This document shows positions 44,709 to 58,463 of a DNA stretch of 64,000 nt, piece by piece. Numbering within the stretch: the first letter of the stretch is position 1; each line of letters begins with the position of its first letter. This stretch comes from the human T2T-CHM13v2.0 reference genome, Homo sapiens. The stretch lies in assembly GCF_009914755.1 (NCBI RefSeq), contig NC_060929.1. The stretch is one strand, 5' to 3'. Both the position numbers and the translations under genes were made by a program. Under the pieces are notes generated by a model. The model ran no database searches. It was not told where the DNA came from and worked only from the letters and a program-made list of their open reading frames with translations.

Positions 44709-44772
44709 TTCCAAGAAGAAAAAAATATAATTTTTTCCAAGAAGTATATTTTCTTGGAAGATTTTCCAAGAA
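44709..44772. promoter_or_regulatory. Cluster of four STAT5-type GAS motifs (TTCCAAGAA/TTCTTGGAA)
   Basis: Motifs at 44709-17, 44735-43, 44751-59 and 44764-72; function untested. Confidence 0.35.
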
Positions 44773-45589
44773 GGACTGTGGCATGTTGGGTTGAGATAGA
44801 AGCTGATGTCAAACAAGGATGATAGAGGTAGAAATAAATAGAGTGATGTCAATTTGTCAATGGTCTGCTCTTCAGAGTTATAACTATGTTTGCTTCCTCT
44901 GGAGGAACCTGTAACTGCAGGGGCTCAGACAGAGAAACAAGGACTCATTTTATCCAAAGACCACTAAAGGACCTTCAACTAAGTCTATCTATCTACAGCT
45001 CCCTAAGACTGGCAGAATCCCAGTTCAAAATCATATGCCCCACAGGTTGCTGGCCACTGCTTCAGCTGTTAGCTTTCTAGAGATTATTTGTAGCTTTAGC
45101 TCCCATTCTGTGTTAGCTTGTAATAGCTTCACTGTATTTCAGATTTTACAGACATGTCAAAAATGGATAGGTCATGTTGCTTTTGGAACAGTTTACCAAA
45201 TTCAGCTATTTTATCTGGGATATCCATAGAGACTCCTTCAGACAGGAGCCTGTGTACTTGGTAATGTTTGTTAAGCAAGTTGATAGAGTTGATGAACCCA
45301 AGCCGCCAATTCAGAAAGTCTTTGATTTTCTTTGTTCGCTTGGATGCAAGGTGACTTTCATCTAGAGCACACACAGTTTTCAGGAGCTTTAGAACCTGTG
45401 ATTTCTGCAAAGTGGTTATTTCAACAAATGGCTTTGAGAGCCTGAGCTAATATGTCCTTTGACAAGATGGTAGGAAAACATATGCTGATATATGTTGGGG
45501 TCAGATTCAACTCTGTGAGGAAGTAACCTTCTTTGTCCGAAAGTCTACCTGGACAAAAGTATCTGTTATTTGGCCTATGGTATAATCAT

Positions 45590-45770
45590 TAAAGAGTGGT
45601 GGCTTCAGAGTCAGAAGGCTGTGCTTGAACAACAGATGCATTTTGTGATCTTTGCTTAGCCCTGTTACTGCCGGAGTCCTCAGTTCCCTTATTTGTAAAT
45701 TATAGACATGAACAGTACCTGCTCCGTTAGGTTGCTGCAAGGATTACAAGAGATAATGCACATAAAGGGA
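45590..45770 (+). mobile_element. MIR SINE
   Basis: 'cctcagttcccttatttgtaaatt...ggttgctgcaaggattacaagagataatgcacataaa'. Confidence 0.7.
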
Positions 45771-45775
45771 TGCAG

Positions 45776-46935
<1,160 letters not shown>

Positions 46936-47009
46936 CTATGGGCATGTTGCTAAAAATTGCTATGGGTTTTCTCATTTTATCATTTAGAATACCTTAATAG
47001 GCTTAGGAG

Positions 47010-47295
47010 AGGCAATATAGCTTAATAATAAATTTGTTTCTGGAGGTTGTGTTAAAATCTTGGCTCTGTTGCTTAACACTGGTGTGATCTTGATAAAGTT
47101 GCTTAAGTCTTTATCAAGAACACTGGTGTGATCTTGATAAAGTTGCTGAATGTCTGTTTCTCCATCTACAAAACGAGTTGGTAATAGTCACCTACCTCAC
47201 TGAATTCTCAGGAGGATAAGTTATTGAATGCATACGAAGTCCTTACAATAGTGCCCGACACCTGCTAAACATTAGCTTTTATTTGTAAGTACTAT
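47010..47295 (+). mobile_element. MIR with internal duplication/inversion
   Basis: MIR-like 'tggctctgttgcttaacactggtgtgatcttgataaagttgct...tttctccatctacaaaa'. Confidence 0.7.
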
Positions 47296-48439
47296 TATCT
47301 TTCTTTTATATATTATTATTTATAATAGAAAATTAAGGCTTTAGAGATATTAAATAGCTTGTCTGAGTTTTATGGCTGGTAAGCAGTGATGCTGGTGTTT
47401 GTCTTTTTCCCATTACAGTGTTCTGGAGGGAATGTTTTTCTCCAATTTGAGAGGGCTAAGTGTCACCTTCTAGATAAACAGTTATAACTTCAGGGTACCG
47501 AAATACCTTATTATTTAAACCCTTATGATTTAGGGAATGTATAACCCATTTCAAAGTCTGTTATCAGCTCTTTTTACACATAGCTCTTTAATTTTGCCAA
47601 CCTGTGGCTCAATAGTAAATCAATACAACAATGTTGTATTATAACATTTCGCCATGACCAGCTTATTTCTTTACTTAAGGGAAGTCCAATGTCTAGTCTT
47701 GTACTTTCCTCTCGTGCAACAAGACTACCAAGGCCAGTCAAAAAATTATGGCATGTGCATATCTAGTTTCCCTTGTGTGTTTCCATCCATGCCTATCCGC
47801 CTTAAGAAATAACAGTGAATGATCTCATTTTACACAGTATCTTTTAACCAAATGGCTACACTGAAAAAATGGTAAGAGGATTTCAGACTTTTGGCTTGGA
47901 GGAGATAGATAGAAATATGCAAAGCCTGAGCCCTTTGGGCAATACCATGGATATGTTATTTCAGGTAGTCTTACCTGCAGAAAGAGCCTGAGATCCTAAT
48001 GCTCAGGGTGGGACACTGGGACAGGGACCTGAAGGAAAGGGAAGGACAGAGAAGGAGGGGAAGAAGCAGTAGACTTTTTCTTTCATAATTAGCTGAGTCC
48101 AGCTTCATAGGCAGCCATTTAAAGGGGAGAAAACCCAAGAGAAAGGCTACTGACATTTACTGATTCCCTGTGCCAGGTATTGTGCTAAGCATTTTCACTT
48201 CTTAACCTTTTATGTTCCACAAAATAATACTGCAATATATATACTATTAAGCAGAATATACTGTTGAGGAAATCCAGAAAGCTCAAGTAAGTTGATTAAG
48301 ATGCAGTGCTTGCTCACAAGTGATATAGCTGGAGTTCCAAAGAATCTCTGCCCCTGCATTGTGTTATGGAGTACTTGACATGGCTATTAAAAACGCTCCT
48401 ATTTATGTTTGTTTTAATATAGCCAGTTGTGTGTAAATT

Positions 48440-48990
48440 TGCAAGAGTTAATTATGCTATGACTTCTTAACTCTGAGTTAAGTGACATCACATTGGTAGC
48501 TTGAAATCAGCCAGCATAGTGTCTCAGTCTTCTTGGGCTACAGTAACAAAACACCACAGATCAGTGGCTTAAACAACAGACATTTATTTATCACAGTTCC
48601 AGAGGCTGGGAAGTACCAGACTAGGAATTGATTTGGTTCCTGGTGAGGGCTCTCTCCCTGACTTGCACACAGCTGCCTTCTTGCTATGTCCTCACATGGC
48701 AGAGAGTGGAAGCAAGCTCAATGGTGTCTTTTCTTAGAAGGGCACTAATCCCTTCATGATGGTCCCACCTTTATGACTTCATTTTTCTTAGAAGGGCACT
48801 AATCCCTTCATGATGGTCCCACCTTTATGACTTCATTTAAACTTAATTGCTTACCAAAGGCCCCATCTCCAAATGCCACTGGGGGTTAGGGCTTCAGCAG
48901 GTGAATTTTAGGGGGAAACAAATTATTCCATAGCATGGTGGCAGCTTTAAATTGCATATTTACACTATGGAAATTGACAAACATTGCTTG
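48440..48990 (-). mobile_element. MER63-like hAT-Blackjack fragment split by MLT1A
   Basis: 'gtgacatcacattggtagcttgaaatcagcc' and 'atttacactatggaaattgacaaac'. Confidence 0.55.
48520..48935 (-). mobile_element. MLT1A-type MaLR LTR with a 54-bp tandem duplication
   Basis: 'gtggcttaaacaacagacatttattt...ggccccatctccaaatgcc...gttagggcttca'. Confidence 0.85.
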
Positions 48991-49440
48991 ACTTCCTGGA
49001 GTAATATACTAACCTTTTCCTTGGGATGATGCATAATAGTAAGGTTTGGGATGGTAGAAGGGTATGTTTCTATATGGTAAAAAAGGAGAAGGGCATCTGT
49101 GGAAGGGCACAAGAAAAAGAAAAACACTGGTGAATTATCAGGCAGATTAATTTTAGGAAAAAGATTTAGGAAAAAGCAGGGGCAAATGCTGCAGATGAAA
49201 GTTGAACAACTGAAAATTGATTCCCTTGAAATTATTATATAGGTGCTTGCATTTACCCTAGACAATCTTTGTGTATCCCCAGAGATATGTGTAATCTAGT
49301 TTGAAGACTACCAAAGAAAAGATCTAGTATTAAAAAGAAGAAAGACACGGTCCCTTTAAGTAGCTCACAGTGTAATGGGAGGGATAGATAAGGAAATAGA
49401 CAATTCAAATAAAGTATAAATCATGTTACAGAGTCTCGTC

Positions 49441-49990
49441 AGGTCCCTTCTACACGAGGTGAGAAGTTTGCAAGGCTCAGAGCATATATTCATCCACAGC
49501 ATGTTACCCTTCCTTTGGGTCATGGTCAGAATACCTGGGATCCTGGAATTCTAACTCTGCACAGCCTCTTTCCTGGACTTGTCCTCCTGAGGACACTTGT
49601 GTGCACCTGCTAGGCCTGAAGGGTGGGGAAGGGAGAGCTGTTTGTGGGGAATGTGGGCAGAGGGTGAGATTGCAGACCGGGATATCTACATATGGACATG
49701 AGTCACCTGACGTGCTGGATGAAGCCAGGGGTGAGAGGATAAAGGAAGAGGACTCTGGGTTAGGGATGGCTCATTGTGTGCAGCCAAGTACTGGCAAAGA
49801 ACATTGCAGAGCCTGAGAAGGCTAAATCTGAAACAAGCGTTTCACATTATGAAAGTTTATTCAAGATAAAAAAAGAACATATTTAATGGCTTGTTAGCTG
49901 GATTTATAGATTTCAAATATTTAGGTACATAATATGTGCACCTCCATTTCTACTCTTACTCTAGACCCCAGCAATGTTGAGGTGGGGAGT
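49441..49990. mobile_element. MER115-like hAT-Tip100 element
   Basis: Terminal 'gatttatagatttcaaatatttagg...atgtgcacctccatttctactcttactctagaccccagcaatgtt'. Confidence 0.6.
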
Positions 49991-49994
49991 TTGG

Positions 49995-50650
49995 GGCAGC
50001 TACATAAGTTTTAAAGCATAATATTTCAGAGGAATAAAATAACCATTGAATTTCACAAAGATTAGGAGCAGTCAGACTAACAGAGATTAAGGTTGGAGAG
50101 AGGGAAACAAGAAACAAGAAACAGGAAAGGCAGGCAAAAAGTGATAATTAATTAATATGATGATGGTGAGAATAAAGAAGATGGATGGGTTAAAGAAATA
50201 TTTAGGATGTATAATCTACAGAGCTTACTTGTGACATTCAATTACTATTCAGCTTAAGATACCCCAAAACCAGTTGCCTACTTTGGCAAGGATCTTAGGA
50301 GAAAAGTTGGGGCTTGAGCTATGAATTTGGGGGTCATAAGTGTGTGCAAGGGTTGTTGAAGTCATGGGTGGAGAGTGGGGTCCCTTGAGAGGTGTGTAAG
50401 GTAAGATGAGGAGAGCCCTAAGACCAGATCCCTGGGGTGCACCATTTAAGATACAAGTAGAGAGAGGAGAGACCTTGAAGAATGCTGAGAACAAATGGCT
50501 AGAGAGTACAGGAGAACCCCTTAGGCTATGGTGTCAGAAGCCAAGAGGGAAGCATCTTTAGAGGAGAAAGGTCAACAGGTGCAAATGCTGCAGAATTGCC
50601 ACATAAAATACATACGGGATAGTGTCTACTGGATTTGGCGATATTTCACA
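49995..50650 (-). mobile_element. L2 fragment
   Basis: 'gagctatgaatttgggggtcataag...gagagccctaagaccagatccctgggg...ggtgtcagaagccaagaggga'. Confidence 0.65.
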
Positions 50651-51859
50651 TTGATTTAATCTGCTCAGTAAATATTCTTAAATGATTATGTATTGGATAT
50701 CAGGAATAAAGTAAATGTGTAACAAAAAAAAAGACACAAAATATTCACCACCATGTAGGACTGTTTTCTCTAGGATGTAAATATAGCCATGTTCTTCTAG
50801 TTACATTGAACTTAAATCATCATTATATAGCCAGGTACTTGCCACTGGCCAAGAGCCTAGCACAACGTAAGTATTGTGGAGATGTTAATATCTGGAAGCA
50901 GGTTGACTTTTAAAGAAGGGGGAAATAAGATAAGGTAAAAACAGATGAATTTGTGGGCAAAATTTTCTAAAATGTCATGTCAATCAGTGACATTTGAATA
51001 ATAGAACAGGAAGTCTAAAAAATTACTGAATTCTTCCCAATTAAGGAAAGCCAGAACCACTGCAGTCTTATACTACCTGCCCCTATTTTACTGGAAAGCC
51101 TTATGGCATGCTTGCTTTAATAAACAAAATGCTACCAAATAATACCTCAACTGAAAGGGCATCATGATTATCATATCAAAATCATTTGGCCAAAGAGAGA
51201 AGAATCTCAACAAGTATTCCCCGAATCTGAGAAATAAACCTGTTCCCCTTTATGATAGTATGCTCCTGGTGTTGAATTATGTGTGTATTTCTGCCTCCAA
51301 ATCGTGGTGCCTGCACTTCTTTCTGAACTGCTATTCCCAGCCAAACCAAATACCACGCATCCTCCACAACCTGCAAAAATCCCACTTCTTCCAAAACTTC
51401 TTTTCCAGGCTTGCCCTCTGATGGTATATTCTGCTCATTTGGCTTTCCTCATCGACTGCTTTTTGATATCTTGTGAACCATTACCCTACATTAGTCATTT
51501 ATTTGGACTATCTAATCTCCCTTGTCATCTTCTCTCTTTCCCACAGTACCTATTACTGTGGTTAGGAGATTTCTAAGAAAATATTTTTCGAAGGAATATA
51601 TGATCAGCACAGGACAGTAAATATGCCAAATGAAAGGTGTTCTTGCATAGGCGACATGAACAAGGGCTACTTGTTCATGTCTTAGACATGAATAATCAAT
51701 GGAATGTTAGAGTCAAAAGGGGCCTGGTCTAGTTCTAAGGTCAATTTCTGACTTTAGTTCAATGTTTGGAGTGATCATGTTGGAAGAGAGCTTTGAGGCA
51801 TGTCCTTTATGTCTAGGTAGGTGGAGCTTTAGGGACTGGGACAGTCAGTTTCCAGCCTC

Positions 51860-52740
51860 TTGCTCTCACATGCATTGCTTGCTCCTCTTTGTGCATGACG
51901 GATAAACTGACCTTGTAAACTGCATTTTTCAGGCTTCCAGCTGAGTTCAGCTAGGAAGAGGCTGATGGGAGATTGGAGGGTGGGAGAGAGGAGCCAGGGT
52001 ATCTCACCCTTGCTCTAATATTTCCGGGAGTGGTTCTATCTCCTTCATGACTCCATATCCTGCTGGACAAGCTGCTGTGGCTCCAGTTTTGCTGGCTTTC
52101 GGGATCTGACAATCCTGTGTCCACCCTTGAGTGGTAGTGGTTTACTGTGTTGCTAATCTCTGGGTGCCTCACTGATTCCTATTTGGTTTTCTTAAAAAAC
52201 ATTTATAGGAGGCCATTGATTTGGACTGTGCTTCTGTACTAGGTCCAAGTAGGCCAAACCAAATGGTGTCACTCATGCTAAAGAGTTCCATGTCACTAAG
52301 CCGAAATGAAATTGTTTGTCTGGTCTTCCCAGGAATCAGGAAAGAAGGAGGGATAAACAGACGGAGAGAGTAGCCAAATTCCCAAACCAGCCAGTCTTAG
52401 CCAATATGACAAGGAAGTTCCCTAGTACCCTCTGCTATAACCTTTACAAGAGAAGTTACTTTGAAATGACCGAACTGTTTTTGTTGTTGTTGTTCCTTGT
52501 TTCTGCTTTCTTCAGCCTTTTCTTTTCTCTAAATACTCACTGCCTGTGTTGCAGAGAAGAGCTCTCTGAACCTCTCCTGGTTCTGAGGGTGGCCTGACTC
52601 ATGAATTGTTCTTTGCTTAAATAAACTCTGTTATATGTGTTTTGTCTGAAGTTTTTCTTTTATCAGCTTCTAAATTATGCCATCACCGAATAATCAAATT
52701 TCTTTTATCAAATTCCCTTGTTTGAAATATGTGTTATATA
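51860..52740 (+). mobile_element. LTR33-like ERVL LTR interrupted by an ERV1 LTR
   Basis: 'ggagattggagggtgggagagaggagccagggtat...gttgctaatctctgggtgcctcac'. Confidence 0.55.
52190..52665 (+). mobile_element. ERV1 solo LTR, LTR47/MER72-like
   Basis: 'ggaggccattgatttggactg...aaatggtgtcactcatgctaaag...aataaactctgtt...ttttatca'. Confidence 0.7.
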
Positions 52741-54051
52741 TTTCAAAGGTGAAGGGAGGTTTGGAGAAGAAGAAAAGCACAGAAAAACGAATGGTCTCTT
52801 CAAGAAAGAAATACGGGAATAGGTTACTGAAAACAACACGTGCAAAAACATTGACAACAAATGTGAGACTTCACTAGAATTACCAGCAGAAAAAAGATTT
52901 TATCGTTGGAGTAATTTGAGAATCGATTTCTCTGCCTGAGCTCAGTGGAGCCAGAAAGGAGACAAAGGAGAGCTTGTGATCTGATGGAGATGAGCTGGGA
53001 AAATTGACTTTGGCACTTTGGCTCGGGGAAGGAAATGAACCGTACATAAGCAGTAAAAAGGGAATCAGCTGCTACTTGGATGAGTCTTGATTTTAACGTG
53101 GTGCCACTGACAGGTCTTTGACATCGTGGGAAATTTCTACCTACACAAGATTGGCAATGCAGTGGACTGAATAGCCATGAACAATTATTGGTGACAGAGC
53201 AGAATTTCCAGATTAGCACCCTTTTGCCTTATTTGTTTATAAATCACCAGTAGATACATTTCTTTCATAGAAAACCTCCTACATCTAAAGATGGTCTTTA
53301 GGCTGTGTAATTTCCCTACCGTGGCCAATTTCAGTGCCTGTATTTTTTTTTTTAATGGAGCTATGAGTTGATGTTCCTTGAACTGGAAAATGAGAGTATG
53401 CCAAGGGTCCTAGAGACCATACTCCTAGATAAAAGAGAAAAATATTCTCATGAAAACAGCAACAACAACATAAAAGAATCTAATTTATCCCTTTCTCTAA
53501 CCTTATTTTTTCAATCAAAGCTAAGGCTGTAGAAAATTAAAGCAGATTCCTAATCTGAAGAAGGATACATCACAGGGTGATTTGGAAAATGTAGCCAAGG
53601 AGATCAAATCTGGGAACAGGCTGGTTTCCAATTAGTTGAAAGCATTTAATCTTTGCAGATTTTCTAGGAAATGCCGCCTAGACATTGGTTCTTTCAAATC
53701 CTTTTGTTTTCTGGTTTTCCTAGGGTTGAGAGTGGTTTGCTGGTTGGATTGGGATCAGGTGGACTTTTGTGATGTAAATGGAATGTTAGTATCCTGCCAA
53801 AGGCAACCTTTGCATTATTTGATGACATTTCCTCAGGATCCTCCAAAGGAAGTCAGAGGCCCCCAGACTTCCACATTGAATTGGGGTGGCACCATTTGTT
53901 CACATTTTGAGGGAAATCAGTCTTTGCCCCTTAAGCCAGAGCTGTTCCGGTTTTTGGACACTGATTAGCAAGGAACTTTCCAGAAATCACATCTTGTTTT
54001 GGTATTTTGCTTCTTTCTCTTATTTATTTAGTTTTTAAAGGCTTCATTCAA

Positions 54052-54275
54052 AACCTAGATGAGGTGGTATGTGCCTGTATTCCAGGCTACTCTGGAAAAT
54101 GAATGGTCTCTCCAAGAAAGAAATATGGGAATAGGTTACTGAAAACAACCCGTGTGAAAACACTGACAACAAATGTGAGACTACTACTCTGCAGGCTGAG
54201 GTGGAAGGATCACTTTGAGTCCAGGAGTTCTTCCCTCCTGGGACCATGACTCTAAAAAAAAAAAAAAAGAGAGAG
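54052..54275 (+). mobile_element. Alu monomer (FLAM/J-arm-like) carrying an 87-bp non-Alu insertion
   Basis: 'ggtggtatgtgcctgtattccaggctactctg [insert] ctactctgcaggctgaggtggaaggatcactttgagtccaggagtt...aaaa'. Confidence 0.8.
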
Positions 54276-56369
54276 AGAGAAAGAAAGAAAGAGAGAGAGA
54301 AAAAAAGATAAAAAGAAGCTCTATTCAAATGCTTCACAAACTTCTCTTTTGACCTCTTTTGACTGAATTTTTATAAGGGAGGTGTATACAAATATATGAT
54401 TTTCTATATATCTTACATAAATTTCTTTTTCTAATTAACTTTCAACCTGCAGTGTGATTTCAAATACTAATACAAGGCTCAAGACCTTACTAATAGCAGC
54501 AGATTTCCAATTTACCAATAATTTGGATTTGTATATTATGACATGTCATGGATTTCAGGAAAAAATATTGCATAAATCCTAAAAGAACAGGGACCCAGGA
54601 CTGTAGATCAATGAAAGTGGAAGTGCTGAGGGCATTGTGTTTCCATCCTTCCTTCTCTGTGTGCTTGCTCTGAGGCTGGAGGCTCTGGGCTAGGCAACAG
54701 GGGTCTGGAGCTGAGTCTCTTAGACAATGGAAGTTCATAGCAGAGACAGAAAACAACTACAATATCAATTGTTTCCCTTCTTAAAGTCTCAGTTTCTTCA
54801 TTGCTTACATGGATCCTTGTGAAATAATTATAATAGTAATAATAGATAACATTTTTTGAGTATTCCTTCCTTGCAGTATTTTAAGCATTCTTCACGTATC
54901 AGCTTATTAAATCTTCCAAATAATCCTACAACGTAGGTCCTTCTGTTCTGCCTCCTCTCTCTTGTCTCTCTCATTCCCAAATCTCTTGAATGCTGACTAC
55001 TTCTCTGCAGAGTAACTCCTGGTCTCTCAGTTCGGTGGAGTGACTTTAGGTTATTTTTCATTGTGGGCAATGGCTTCTCCAATCCATGTAATTTTCCACA
55101 GCTTACCTGTAAGTTTGGAAAGGGAGTAAGCATGCAGAACCTCCCCTTACTAGCAGCAAGTCCTCAAGCATTCTTTTTAAGGGGCTTTGTGTCCAAAGAG
55201 GTGATGAACATACTCTTGGATTTTGTTATCTATTGTCTATGGAAGTGCCCTGAGTACTATATATAACTGTAAATGAAACTCAGTTTGCAGCTATATATCT
55301 TACAGGCCTACACAGCATTTAATCTCTTTTCATCTCTTTTAGGAAAGCTGTGCTTTGAAAGCTCCCATCTCTCAACACGCCATCCATGGCCACACAAGCT
55401 GTCTGCCCACCAGACTGGGGTCTCTTCTGTTGAACAGAAGGCTGACCAAAAGCTGACCCAGCACAAAGCCCAGCTTTCCACACCAACAGTTACTATTAGC
55501 TAGGCTCTCAATTACAGTATCAACTTTCTGAAGGAAGACTAGAAAAGAATCACTCTCCTCATTTCCAGATATATCTGAAACAAGGGCACAGTGGTAGTCA
55601 TTAACCATAAAGATAAGGTTAATTTGCTTTCCTTCTAAATCTGAATGCTAATGTAACCATTTAAATAGTGCCAACAATGGAAATAAACACAAGGCTGAGT
55701 TAAACCACAAATGTACAGGCCTGTATCATTTGGCAAAACATAAGGGCTAGCGGTATTGAAATCACAGCATTAAAGCTGACATGTAAAAACGAATTGTAGG
55801 ACTATTTGGGGCCAGCAGAGCAATTTATCAAATGGTACCAAGGGGACCCTAGAGATAGGAATGTGTCTTATTTGAAATAAGGAAATACAATGTCGTAACA
55901 TTACTTAGAAACTGAGTACTTGAAATTCTTCTAGCCCAAATCTCCTCTCTTGTACTCCACATTCTGCACGTTTTTGGAGTTTTGAGATGTAGGTTGGGAA
56001 GAACTCCCAAAGTGCACATGAGTTGCCCAGAGGGAAAGAGAGGAAGGTGATGTGGTGGGAAGCCAGTAGGAAATGGCTCTGCCCTTCAACCTGCCCTGGG
56101 TCACTGCTGAAGAATAACAGGTCCTTTCTTCTGCCTGGCATGTTTTCTACACATTTTCGTAACCCTAAATTATATGCTACTCTTAATCCTACACGGTGGA
56201 AATGGACAATGATTTCTAGAGGACTTCTCTGCAAATAAATGAACGATATATGTGTGTTAAAACACAGCATTCTGCATGAAGCTTCATACACCTCAGTGTG
56301 AACCGGCCTAGTTCCTGTGCTTTGGCCAAGTGCTTGTGCAGTCTACCATGTGTAGTAGGGGTGTTGTGT

Positions 56370-56615
56370 GGTGGTTAGTGTAGCTAGTAGGAATTGTGGT
56401 GATGATATTTGGGGCCAATCACTTGCAGTTGTATAGCTCCATGCAAAATGTTTAGTTTGTCTCTACCTCAGTTTCATCATTTGTAAAATGGGTGTGATCT
56501 CTACTTCATACACACTCTACTTAGCCTAAGAGAGTGTGTGTGTTTATCTATTTTACTTGCAGTATGTCTAGTAATTATTAGTTCTCAACAAATAACTGTC
56601 ACACTATTATTGCTG
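56370..56615 (+). mobile_element. MIR SINE
   Basis: 'cctcagtttcatcatttgtaaaatggg'. Confidence 0.65.
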
Positions 56616-58099
56616 AAAGCCAGCGCTGCCCCATAGACTTAGAGAATCTGGGGGAGGACACAGGATATTTATCTATGAAACAGTGAGTAAGCAGGGCTTT
56701 TTTTTTTTTTTTTCACTTTCTCAAATTGAAAGTCATTTCTCTCATTTTCATTTTCCTGTGTCGGTTTGTTTTCCTAAGGATGGATTGCTGGGCAGCCTGC
56801 ATGGTGCTCTTGTAGGCACAAGACTAGAAGTGGAAGACCTAATTATCTTCCCATTTCTTGTTGGCTTACCTTGGTCAAGTTCCTTAACTCTTTGGAGTCT
56901 CCATTTTTTTTAATCTATAAATTGAGAATAATACCATAGTTCTCTATTTGTGAAGTCCAAAGAGATCATGAAATACTTGTTTCCTGCAATTTATTATAAA
57001 GCATAAGGCTTTATTATGTTGTGATCATTTATGAATGTGTCTTGCTTCTCACACTAGACAGAAAGATTCAGAGCATAGTGACTTGAGCAACCAGTTTTCA
57101 AAAGCTATAAGTTAATGAGGGAAACCCACTGTAAAAATTACAGCAGAGTAACTATTATTAGATAGGCATTTCTAGTCCACCGTTTTGTCCATTGAGGCTT
57201 GTTGCCTTTTTCCATATAAATTGTTTTGATTTTTCCAAAGAAAATCCGACAAAGGAGAAAATGGATGGTTGGTATTATCAGGGAGAATTTCCAAGATCCA
57301 GGACTAGGAAGGGCAGACAATCAACAGTAATGACAGGCTCAAGGTACCCTCTTACTGGGGTGAGTTTTAAGTTATGATATTATATGGGGTACATTTATCC
57401 TCCTGTTCTCAGCACAACAACAACAACAAAAAACCCAAACCAAAACAAAGAAAGGAAAAAAGCAACCAATCACCAACAACTAACCAATAAACAACTCCCC
57501 TAGTCAACATCAGAGAAGCCAAATACGAGTAGTTTTAAGTTGCTGCTCCTTGGATGGCACAGAATTAAATCCCTCTGATGCTTAGGTCAAGAGTGTTCAA
57601 TTACGGACAGCCACAGTCTGGGACTCTGATGATGTGTATTTGGTGCCCTCACACTGGGCTCCCAAGAGAAACCAACAATGCTTATTGAGTAACTGTAGTA
57701 TAGTCCTGTAGAGACTAGGGATGAAGTTTCATTCTTTCTTATTACCACCTCCTGTGATCCTAACAGGGATCCTTATTTGGGGTAATCTAAATCTCAAAGT
57801 TGATTAGTTCTTTGGAGTGATGTTTTGTTAGGATGTGTAAGGGTTCTTGTTTGAAATATATAAGCAACAGTTATTTACACATAAGATCTAAGACATGTAC
57901 AAACAGTATGTTTGCCTTTAGCCACATTGCTCAGGAAAACTATTAACCATTGTTAAATATACAGTTGCCCATGTAAGAAGCCTGTTGATTACAGATTCTG
58001 AGAGACTACCCTTGTGACTTTGATTGGGACTCATATTTGAAACCATAGAGTCTTAAAATGCCTTCTAATAAATAGATCTACTGGATTTGAGTACTTCAG

Positions 58100-58463
58100 T
58101 GTATTAGTCCATTCCCACACTGCTAATAAAGACACACCTGAGATGGGGTAATTTATAAAGGAAAGAGGTTTAATTGACTCACAGTTCAGCAGGGCCTCAG
58201 GAAACTTACAATCTTGATGGAAGGGGAAGCAAACACGTCCTTCTTCACATGGCAGTAGCAAGGAGAAGTGCAGATTGAAGAGGGGGAGAAGTCCTTTATA
58301 AAACCATCAGATCTCGTGAGAACTCACTATCATGAGAACAGCATGGAGGTAACCATCCCCATGATTCAGTTACCTCCCACCAGGGTCCTCCCATTACACG
58401 TGGGGATTGTGGAAACTACAATTCAAGATGAGATTTGTGTGGGGACACAGCCAAACCATATCA
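58100..58463 (-). mobile_element. THE1 (THE1D-like) solo LTR
   Basis: 'tgtattagtccatt...taatttataaaggaaagaggtttaattgactcacagttc...ggggacacagccaaaccatatca'. Confidence 0.92.

Noticed and set aside
52824-53219. 131-aa ORF sharing a peptide with ORF 54044-54337
   Set aside because: No recognisable domain or splice structure; the similarity just reflects the 87-bp duplication
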